From a virus: 13,036 nucleotides of DNA. A program made the translations under genes and the position numbers. Shown here in pieces: positions 7,536-13,036 of the stretch. Below the pieces are notes generated by a model that saw only the letters and a program-made list of their open reading frames with translations, made no database searches and was not told the origin of the DNA. Positions within the stretch are counted from its first letter, which is position 1, and each line of letters begins with the position of its first letter. The stretch lies in the IMG/VR virus record IMGVR_UViG_3300045988_138655; one strand, given 5' to 3'.

Positions 7536-7871
7536 TTAGTTCATAAGTTTCATTAGATCTTCTGCCACATTGTCGGAAGTACGCTGAGTAGATCCAGTTT
7601 TTCCGGATGCAGACAGGTTCCCCGCCTGTAACGTAGCAGTCAAAGTATTAATCGCTGTCAGCAGAGCTGCATTGGTTGCATCCTGTCCCGTCTGTGCTGT
7701 CATATTCAGTGAACTATTTGCAGGCTTCTGTCCCAGATTCTGAATCTGTTCTGTAGCCTGTGGGCTTGTGATCTGATTAAGCCCAGTCATGTTCTGTGCG
7801 TTCAGAATCCCAATGATCTCATTTTTTGAGAATCCAAGTTTACCAAGTTCTAAAATCTGATCTACTTTCAT
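7536..7871 (-). CDS. Scaffolding protein candidate, 111 aa
   Basis: It is a small, helical or low-complexity Q/T/N/A-rich protein immediately upstream of the capsid gene, the position of phi29 gp7 (98 aa). The SD GGAG lies upstream of the ATG at 7871. Confidence 0.5.
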   Translation of the reverse strand: MKVDQILELGKLGFSKNEIIGILNAQNMTGLNQITSPQATEQIQNLGQKPANSSLNMTAQTGQDATNAALLTAINTLTATLQAGNLSASGKTGSTQRTSDNVAEDLMKLMN

Positions 7872-7896
7872 TTTATCTCCTTTTCTGCCGGAAGTG

Positions 7897-7978
7897 AAAA
7901 ATTAAAATAGGTCAGAGCTTCCGGGTTATCATCCCATGGCATCCGCTTCCGGCGGTCGATGTAGCCACTCTGACCTAG
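7897..7978 (-). ncRNA. Candidate structured RNA: pRNA-like small RNA or late-operon leader/attenuator
   Basis: On the minus strand a 10-bp helix (7977-7968 pairs with 7917-7908) encloses about 50 GC-rich nt. The interior includes the hairpin CCGC-cggaa-GCGG. The helix is followed by UUUUAAUUUUU (7907-7897). The element starts at the predicted +1 of the upstream promoter. It is the most GC-rich noncoding patch in an AT-rich genome. Its function is inferred only. Confidence 0.3.
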
Positions 7979-7982
7979 CTCT

Positions 7983-8011
7983 AATATACCTGTTTCAAAA
8001 TAGTTTGTCAA
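7983..8011 (-). promoter_or_regulatory. Near-consensus SigA-type promoter (candidate late promoter)
   Basis: Minus strand: TTGACA (8011-8006), 17-nt spacer (aactattttgaaacagg), TATATT (7988-7983). It overlaps the last codons and the stop of the ATPase gene. The predicted start is near 7976. Confidence 0.6.
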
Positions 8012-9041
8012 TATAAAATTTTACAGAAATATTCTGGTAGCTGATTCTATTTGTCAGACGATAGCTGTCAATCCAGCTATAAAAACATCTAAACTGATCT
8101 TTTCCATGCTGGTTGTCTTCAAAAACATCTCTACAAGTGCCAGAAATATGATCAGAAACATACAAGTGCGCTTTTGATTTATGTTCGTAAATGGCCACTT
8201 TTCCAATCACACAAATTAGCTTGTATTGCCTGATGTCCTCTGATCTGACAGCCGAGACGTCATCATATGCAAATTCATTCGATAAAGCCATCTTTGCAAA
8301 GTCTGTGTCACCCGATAAAGCACGATACAACGCGGTATCTTTCTTCTTTTCTGAAATCGGGGAATCATTAATCAAAAGCAAGATGATTCCTCTCTCTTTT
8401 AGCATGGAAAACTCCTGCTTGTACTTTTTCATTCGTTCCAAGATTGGCAGCAATCCAAAAGCTTGCACAATTGCATTATCTAATGTGTTTGAGTTGGAAG
8501 CAAGCCACCAGCGGAATGGCTTCTTTCCTTGCAATTCTCTGTTTGCCGATATGGTCTCAACAGCATTCAGAAAAGCATCATCTTCCCCACTGATTGACTT
8601 AGCTATCTTCTCCGGGATGAACTCATCATAAATCCCCTCAGAGAAATCAGATCCAGAGAATCCGCGGTTGTTATGCATTGAGGTGAGACAGAATGCTTCA
8701 CCTCTATATACTTCCTCTTCCTCAACCTGCTCTACAATCTTAATACGTCCGTATTCACCTCTGGGCTTTTCAAAATGAAAAAACCTGTTCATATCTTTGT
8801 TTATGTCCAGCCATGGATCAAACTCCGGAAGAAATACTTTTTTCAGTTGCTCTTTTGTACGTCTCATATAGATGATCTTCTCATTTATTGAAAAAACATC
8901 ATTAATGAAGTGTTGGAAAATTCCATATGTTTTTCCGGTTCTTCTTGCTCCAATAATGAATATGAAATTAATTTTATTTTTATCGGCAAGCTGCGCAATC
9001 CTTGGAACATCCAGCCAACCATTTCTGTCATAGATATTCAT
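7995..9041 (-). CDS. DNA packaging (encapsidation) ATPase, phi29 gp16-like, 348 aa
   Basis: Walker A NFIFIIGARRTGKTYG resembles recalled phi29 gp16 NFVIGARGIGKSY. IYMRRT resembles IYVRRY. Walker B region IYDEFIPEK resembles VFDEFIREK. The start is moved to the ATG at 9041, which has GGAGGAGG 8 nt upstream and a TAATG overlap with the preceding gene. The 31-codon upstream extension in the ORF track overlaps the SpoVG-like gene and has no SD. Confidence 0.85.
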   Translation of the reverse strand: MNIYDRNGWLDVPRIAQLADKNKINFIFIIGARRTGKTYGIFQHFINDVFSINEKIIYMRRTKEQLKKVFLPEFDPWLDINKDMNRFFHFEKPRGEYGRIKIVEQVEEEEVYRGEAFCLTSMHNNRGFSGSDFSEGIYDEFIPEKIAKSISGEDDAFLNAVETISANRELQGKKPFRWWLASNSNTLDNAIVQAFGLLPILERMKKYKQEFSMLKERGIILLLINDSPISEKKKDTALYRALSGDTDFAKMALSNEFAYDDVSAVRSEDIRQYKLICVIGKVAIYEHKSKAHLYVSDHISGTCRDVFEDNQHGKDQFRCFYSWIDSYRLTNRISYQNISVKFYIDKLF

Positions 9042-9340
9042 TATCGAAATCCTCCTCCGGAGGATGCAGGCTGTGAAGTCTGATTGCACTCGTTGTATTT
9101 TTTGATGCAAGCATCCTGCAAAAGCTGTGTCCATTCTTTATCGAGTGAATAGACTGAATTATAGTATTTTCCATCTTTTCCTTTTGTGCTGGGGAATGAC
9201 AGGAAAAGCCCGTCTTTACCCTCAACCAGTGTAAGTCCTTTAATTACAAGGGTACCATCCAGTTCGAGATCAACAAAAGCTTTTGTTTTTGATGTACCAG
9301 AATAAGGTTTGCAATTAATTTTTACGTTTGATTTTAACAT
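9041..9340 (-). CDS. SpoVG-fold nucleic-acid-binding protein, 99 aa
   Basis: It aligns by eye with recalled B. subtilis SpoVG: KAFVDLELDGTLVIKGLTLVEGKDGLFLSFPSTKGKDGKYY...QDACIKKY vs [41 protein letters not shown]...QDAVLNEY. The SD AAGGAG lies upstream of the ATG at 9340. Confidence 0.7.
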   Translation of the reverse strand: MLKSNVKINCKPYSGTSKTKAFVDLELDGTLVIKGLTLVEGKDGLFLSFPSTKGKDGKYYNSVYSLDKEWTQLLQDACIKKYNECNQTSQPASSGGGFR

Positions 9341-9341
9341 A

Positions 9342-9479
9342 TTAGTTTATCTCCTTTACATCAATTCTAATGATTTTTCCTACTTTGTAAGCTACAATAC
9401 TGATCTTATCATCCTCGTAGGTTACTTTTCGCAAGCTGCTTGTTTGCAATGTTTCATAGATTTCCGACATATCAATCAC
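9342..9479 (-). CDS. Small hypothetical ORF, 45 aa (below the ORF-track cutoff)
   Basis: My translation is MIDMSEIYETLQTSSLRKVTYEDDKISIVAYKVGKIIRIDVKEIN. GGAGGTG lies 8 nt before the GTG at 9479, and there is an in-frame ATG at 9470. The stop TAA (9344-9342) is 1 nt before the SpoVG-like ATG. Confidence 0.4.
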   Translation of the reverse strand: MIDMSEIYETLQTSSLRKVTYEDDKISIVAYKVGKIIRIDVKEIN

Positions 9480-9492
9480 TTTTCTCACCTCC

Positions 9493-9606
9493 TTAATCAC
9501 CTAACAGCATCCATACTTGACAGCTTGCAAACATGCAAGCAAAAGTGACGCATGTCCAGAAAAGGGTACTTAAATCTTCCTTATTTTCTTTCCAGAATTT
9601 TTTCAA
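9493..9606 (-). CDS. Small hypothetical membrane peptide, 37 aa, TTG start (below the ORF-track cutoff)
   Basis: My translation is MKKFWKENKEDLSTLFWTCVTFACMFASCQVWMLLGD, with one hydrophobic segment. GGAGGTG lies about 9 nt upstream of the TTG at 9606. The stop TAA is embedded in the next SD (TAAGGAGGTG). Caveat: the 7-bp hairpin GCTTGCA-n4-TGCAAGC (9523-9540) lies inside it, so the region could instead be noncoding. Confidence 0.35.
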   Translation of the reverse strand: MKKFWKENKEDLSTLFWTCVTFACMFASCQVWMLLGD

Positions 9607-9681
9607 AGTTTTTTACACCTCCTGTCTATATATTGTAACTTATTTATGTTACAAAACTATTACAGTTTTATAACATTTATT

Positions 9682-11805
9682 CTAACTATATACGGTATCT
9701 TCCATTTCAAACGGCAACGGCAGTCCTGTTTCCTTGTCATATGGAATCGTGTGATCTAACTCGTACTCTGTATCACTCAATCGGATAGCACATCCATACT
9801 CAATCTTGCACCCGTCAACAGTCACTTCATTGATTCCATCATGGAAAATATACTCCGTCTTCATTTTCCATTTGGGATCCTGCCAATCGTTCGATCTGCG
9901 GTAGTTCCTGCGGAATGTCAAATCATTTTTGAAAACAAATCCTTTTCGAAAGTTTGTGATATCATCATCCAAGCAATATATGCCCTCTTTTGGTACTCCT
10001 GCAACCGTCAGATGCAAGGATGCATCTTTTTTCAGTCGGTAGCAATACCGCTTGCTACCCATTGTTATAAATTCACTGTATATTCCATCAAACTCACCAA
10101 TTCCTAACCGGAAAGTTTTTTCTTTATATTCTACCACTCCAATGTTTCTCTTTTGCGACATTTCAATGATTGATTGATTAAACTCATCCAATTTATCATG
10201 ATCCCAGTCTGTACCCTTTACAGAATCTGTGTCTGAGTATAACCACCTCCGGCAGCATGAACCCAGCCGGAACAGAAAAGCCTGTGCATAGGCTGTAATC
10301 CATACCCCCCACTGGTAGGGCATGAAGCTGTTCTTATTCCGATAGAACTTTTCAAGCTCTTTTTCCCTGTCCTCTGGTTCTTTTGCTTCCCACTCTCCTG
10401 ACTCCATAAGCTCTGTACATAAGATTTGAATGATTCTCTGAACCGTCATGCCGTACATGCCATTTAGCTCCCCCTTTGATATCATGTAGTTTGCTTCGTC
10501 CAAACCTTTAAGGGTGCATTTTTTAAAAAACAATTCCATTAAGTAATCAGTGAACCACTCTGGCAAGTAGTCTTTTGTAGCTCTCATGACTTTAGACACA
10601 TCAGCCCAGTCATAATCATAACTTGACAGGATAACTTGTAAATCTGGATCCGTAAAGGGATAAATGACAAGATCAGCATTAACGATCTTTCCATTATCCA
10701 GATTATCATGAAACTGTTCTTTTTTGCTTTTTGCTTCCGGAAAAACACATACTTTTGCTTTTGAAAAAGCCAACGGGGGCATGGGACAGTCTTTTTTCAA
10801 TCTCAGATTCTTAAGTCTTATATAGCCGGAAAAAGCATAATCTTCTTTCAGTTCCATAATGTCTTTTAATGTGATATTGTTAGTATAACAAAACCTAGTC
10901 ATTGGAAACTTACAATAGCACATCCAAGCAATATAGGAACTTACAAAATCATAGCACTCAACAGGTTCTTTTATTAATTGATTCACGTAATACCTATTGG
11001 CATGGGTATAGCCACCATGATAGCAATCAAGCATTTGATCGTATTGCTCCAACGTCAGAGCCATTTTCTCAAATTGCTTTCTCCATTTCTTGTCTTTTCT
11101 TGCTCTCCTGCGGGCGTTCGTCCGGATAAAGCCCGTATTGGTCAGCGGACAGTTCGCCACGTTAAATCCTCGTTGGTCTATGTATTTACGGAGTGCTTTG
11201 CAAAGACTGATCGTATCCGTACAGGCATAGGCTATTTCTTTTGCTGTACGTGGACTTGCCGGAGTTCGAAACTTCTTATAGTCCCATGTTCCGACAGCTT
11301 TCTCAGTTGTTCCCATGTCTTTACAAAGCTTCTCAAGTGATCTTTGTGTCAAGATGAGACTATCACGGAACTCAATGCCTTGTCCTGTCCATTTCATAAA
11401 AATATATTTATGTGTCTTAGCAGCCAGTGATTTATCAGGATTCCCCCACTTTTGGAAAAAATGGTTACGAAGAAAAACATAGTCATATGGAAAGTTATGC
11501 ACATAAAAGCGTACAAGGTGGCTATCGTCAGCATGTAAAGTTGTGCAAATCCTGTCGATCGTATCAATCAGATCAGAAACATGGTTGCCGTAAATACAAC
11601 AATCATCCTCTATCGTGATTGTCCAATCCGTGACAAAGCCAATGTTTTTGTTAAGATAGACAAAAGTTTCCGTATCAACAGTTATTATTTTTTCATAGAC
11701 ACCTAGATAATGACCTGCATTGGATCTCCGGATAAAATCACCATTGAATAGTCGCATATAATCATAGTTTTTAAAATAAATAACTGGATATCCTGCGACT
11801 ACCAT
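9682..11805 (-). CDS. Family B DNA polymerase, protein-primed type, 707 aa
   Basis: All motifs are readable: ExoI TVDTETF (D44/E46 by my count), ExoII HNFPYDYVF (N104/D108), ExoIII YACTDT (Y193/D197), motif A YDFVSSYIAW (D286), motif B KGELNGMYG (K444), motif C YSDTDS (residues 523-528, verified at nt 10239-10222) and KxY GSKRYCY (K585/Y587). It lies adjacent to a terminal-protein candidate in a genome with ITRs. Confidence 0.9.
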   Translation of the reverse strand: MVVAGYPVIYFKNYDYMRLFNGDFIRRSNAGHYLGVYEKIITVDTETFVYLNKNIGFVTDWTITIEDDCCIYGNHVSDLIDTIDRICTTLHADDSHLVRFYVHNFPYDYVFLRNHFFQKWGNPDKSLAAKTHKYIFMKWTGQGIEFRDSLILTQRSLEKLCKDMGTTEKAVGTWDYKKFRTPASPRTAKEIAYACTDTISLCKALRKYIDQRGFNVANCPLTNTGFIRTNARRRARKDKKWRKQFEKMALTLEQYDQMLDCYHGGYTHANRYYVNQLIKEPVECYDFVSSYIAWMCYCKFPMTRFCYTNNITLKDIMELKEDYAFSGYIRLKNLRLKKDCPMPPLAFSKAKVCVFPEAKSKKEQFHDNLDNGKIVNADLVIYPFTDPDLQVILSSYDYDWADVSKVMRATKDYLPEWFTDYLMELFFKKCTLKGLDEANYMISKGELNGMYGMTVQRIIQILCTELMESGEWEAKEPEDREKELEKFYRNKNSFMPYQWGVWITAYAQAFLFRLGSCCRRWLYSDTDSVKGTDWDHDKLDEFNQSIIEMSQKRNIGVVEYKEKTFRLGIGEFDGIYSEFITMGSKRYCYRLKKDASLHLTVAGVPKEGIYCLDDDITNFRKGFVFKNDLTFRRNYRRSNDWQDPKWKMKTEYIFHDGINEVTVDGCKIEYGCAIRLSDTEYELDHTIPYDKETGLPLPFEMEDTVYS

Positions 11806-11821
11806 ACTTTACCCCCCCTTG

Positions 11822-12442
11822 CTATGGTCTATATTTCAAAGCTTCTGCTTCGCCAGAAAAACCAAGTTGCTTTGCTATTGCATCGGCAGCATCTGGATCA
11901 GTTCTCTCCCGGAATTTTTCCAGATCTTTTATGATCTCAGAAACCGTAGAATCATCCAGTTTATGACTGATGATTCTCATTGTCTGTTTACTGTCATAAA
12001 ATCGTTGCATCCACTTCCATACCTCAGATTTGAAAAATAATTTCATTTCTTCTTTTGACTTGAAATTGATTCCATATTCAGTGCTGAGGGTTTTTTGGCG
12101 TTGATCTATGATCTCTCTCCAGCCCTGAACAGTGCTGCTCTTTTCTTTCAATATCTTTTGGATGGCTTTCACCTGAGCTCGCGGTAATCCCTTGTATTTT
12201 TCATTTTCCAAGTTTTCCGGGATTGTTGATCTACCCGGGAAAAATCTTGCAAGCAAGTCCTGATAGTCTGCGTACGCTCCTCCAACCTCTGAATCAAAAC
12301 CTTTTGCTTTTAATCTGCGCATACGCTGATTCAGACGTTTTGCAAGCTGCCTGCGGAGCTGTAGAGTCTCCAGCGTAGTTAGCATGTTTGGGTTGACGTT
12401 CAGACCCCTCGACGTGGTTGGGATTTTAGGATTCCTTGGCAT
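11822..12442 (-). CDS. Terminal protein (priming protein) candidate, 206 aa
   Basis: It lies immediately upstream of the polymerase gene, as gene 3 precedes gene 2 in phi29. The basic N-terminus MPRNPKIPTT...QLAKRLNQRMRRLKAKGFD resembles recalled phi29 TP MARSPRIRIK...RLVKNTKAKIARTKKKYGVD. The priming residue cannot be identified by eye. Codons 1-62 lie inside the right ITR. Confidence 0.6.
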   Translation of the reverse strand: MPRNPKIPTTSRGLNVNPNMLTTLETLQLRRQLAKRLNQRMRRLKAKGFDSEVGGAYADYQDLLARFFPGRSTIPENLENEKYKGLPRAQVKAIQKILKEKSSTVQGWREIIDQRQKTLSTEYGINFKSKEEMKLFFKSEVWKWMQRFYDSKQTMRIISHKLDDSTVSEIIKDLEKFRERTDPDAADAIAKQLGFSGEAEALKYRP

Positions 12443-12800
12443 TGTATAATACTCCCTTCATATACTCATAAATGCTATCGTATTCCCTAGTTGTTATGCG
12501 AAAATCTAATTCTGGTTTTTTAATGATCAAATAAAGATTCTCACATACAACTCTTGCATCATTAATAGTATCATGAACAAAAAATGAATTAGTAAAATTA
12601 TCATACATGATACCAATGAGAGACTCAGCACGATTGTACATAGTTTTTCGAAAAACTCTTCTTACAATGATTTTTATTTCTGGATAATTTAATTCTATCA
12701 TGTCTGATCTACTAAGATTTGGGTTGGATTTTAAACAAGTCACTACCGGGGCTTTTACTCCGGTGTTCGTGTACTTGATTTTTTTGTATTTTGATTTCAT
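12426..12800 (-). CDS. Hypothetical early protein, 124 aa (right ITR copy, first gene of the replication operon)
   Basis: It is identical to 237..611(+). It has the same promoter and SD, and it overlaps the terminal-protein candidate start by 17 nt. Confidence 0.7.
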   Translation of the reverse strand: MKSKYKKIKYTNTGVKAPVVTCLKSNPNLSRSDMIELNYPEIKIIVRRVFRKTMYNRAESLIGIMYDNFTNSFFVHDTINDARVVCENLYLIIKKPELDFRITTREYDSIYEYMKGVLYNAKES

Positions 12801-12850
12801 TTAGTGTTCCTCCTACCTTATGGCTGTTGCTTGATTTATTTGATGGTTTA

Positions 12851-12879
12851 ATTATACTCCATATGAACTAAGATTTCAA
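12851..12879 (-). promoter_or_regulatory. SigA-type early promoter in the right ITR, driving the 124-aa / terminal protein / polymerase operon
   Basis: ITR mirror of 158-186: TTGAAA-17-TATAAT on the minus strand. Confidence 0.6.
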
Positions 12880-12960
12880 CAGAATAACTGTCGGACTTTG
12901 TGCTATATTGTCAGACAATTTATTGTTATAGTTGCCTAGCAAGAATCATGCCAGTTTTGC

Positions 12961-12993
12961 AATTATGAACAAAATATGAACAAAATATGAACA
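12961..12993. repeat. Mirror copy of the 11-bp tandem repeats near the right terminus
   Basis: ITR counterpart of 44-76: aattatgaaca aaatatgaaca aaatatgaaca. Confidence 0.9.
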
Positions 12994-13036
12994 GATTGGG
13001 GAAATGTTAATAATTTGTTCACAGGTTTGTCTTGCC

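Larger units (their letters stand above)
1..13036. mobile_element. Apparently complete linear genome of a small phi29-like (protein-primed, Picovirinae-type) podophage
   Basis: Perfect inverted terminal repeats end exactly at both window edges. Between them is a minimal replication and virion set: terminal-protein candidate, protein-primed PolB, gp16-type ATPase, scaffold, capsid, gp10-like portal, gp9-like tail knob, tail fibre, holin and lysin. No integrase, transposase, tRNA or host genes were seen. Strong GGAGG SD sites, AT-rich DNA and SpoVG/BhlA/SH3b-type proteins suggest a Bacillota host. Confidence 0.8.
12256..13036. repeat. Right inverted terminal repeat (781 bp)
   Basis: Reverse complement of 1-781. 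It carries the promoter, the 124-aa gene and codons 1-62 of the 206-aa gene, which heads the replication operon. Confidence 0.95.

Noticed and set aside
7868-7942. A 24-codon ORF through the structured intergenic region, considered as a real leader peptide gene.
   Set aside because: It has only a weak GGAAG-like SD, and its start codon is buried in the GC-rich structure. It is mentioned in the finding as an alternative but not annotated as a CDS.
7908-7977. The 70-nt closed stem-loop considered as a tRNA gene.
   Set aside because: Neither strand gives a 7-bp acceptor stem with D, anticodon and T arms at canonical spacing. There is no GTTC-type T-loop. The best inner hairpin has a 5-nt loop rather than a 7-nt anticodon loop.
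8191-8631. Plus-strand ORF of 146 aa, and the other plus-strand ORFs in the track (1348-1542, 2295-2627, 3971-4165, 6169-6369, 6528-6716, 7152-7340, 9841-10107, 10902-11129, 10978-11340, 11427-11618, 11819-12040).
   Set aside because: All lie antisense inside longer minus-strand ORFs that have recognisable homology or strong SD sites. None has an SD, and their translations are low-complexity (Ser/Phe/Cys/Leu-rich).
9042-9134. A 31-codon N-terminal extension of the ATPase ORF (the track start at 9134).
   Set aside because: The extension overlaps the SpoVG-like gene out of frame and has no SD. The internal ATG at 9041 has GGAGGAGG upstream and gives a 348-aa protein close to the size of phi29 gp16.
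9309-9548. Plus-strand 79-aa ORF (TTG start) in the region between the SpoVG-like and pol genes.
   Set aside because: It has no usable SD and its composition is low-complexity Phe/Leu/Ile-rich. The opposite strand carries better-supported SD-preceded mini-ORFs, collinear with every other gene.
9624-9654. TTGTAA-16-TATATA on the minus strand (9654-9627) as a promoter for the mini-ORFs.
   Set aside because: Its predicted start near 9620 would fall inside the GGAGGTG SD of the 37-aa ORF. The -35 also coincides with a hairpin arm. It is kept only as a weak alternative to the upstream extended -10.
9633-9669. Hairpins after the pol stop considered as a rho-independent terminator.
   Set aside because: The stems are short (6-7 bp) and almost entirely A-U, and they lack a proper trailing U-tract. 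Read-through into the downstream genes seems likely.
1-13036. An ITR-flanked element interpreted as a transposon, casposon, linear plasmid or tectivirus.
   Set aside because: There is no transposase, Cas1 or integrase. The element has a phi29-type portal, tail knob and gp16-type ATPase plus lysis genes, which indicates a tailed podophage. I saw no DJR-capsid or membrane-protein set of the tectivirus type.

Overview
The window looks like a complete linear dsDNA genome (13,036 bp) of a very small phi29-like podophage that replicates by protein priming. The likely host is a low-GC Gram-positive (Bacillota) bacterium. Positions 1-781 are the exact reverse complement of 12256-13036, so the window starts and ends with a perfect 781-bp inverted terminal repeat (ITR). 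Apart from the left ITR copy, every gene is on the minus strand. Reading right to left: ITR promoter, 124-aa early protein, 206-aa terminal-protein candidate, 707-aa family-B DNA polymerase, two tiny ORFs, SpoVG-fold protein, phi29 gp16-type packaging ATPase, near-consensus promoter plus a GC-rich structured leader or small RNA, scaffold candidate, major capsid candidate, 106-aa protein, BhlA-like holin, NlpC/P60-SH3b lysin, gp9-like tail knob, gp10-like portal, lower-collar candidate, tail fibre with an SGNH esterase domain, bidirectional terminator. Late genes are tightly coupled through TAATG and ATGA overlaps and have strong GGAGG ribosome-binding sites. The most notable points are: (1) gene-carrying ITRs far longer than those recalled for phi29, GA-1 or Cp-1, whose inner boundary cuts the terminal-protein gene at codon 63 and leaves a chimeric 91-aa ORF at the left end; (2) phased TGTTCA repeats at the termini; (3) a TTGACA-17-TATATT promoter followed directly by a roughly 70-nt GC-rich stem-loop and a U-tract between the ATPase and scaffold genes, which could be a pRNA analogue or a late-gene attenuator; (4) a SpoVG-fold protein in the replication block. 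All homology statements are by-eye comparisons with sequences recalled from memory. No database search was run.
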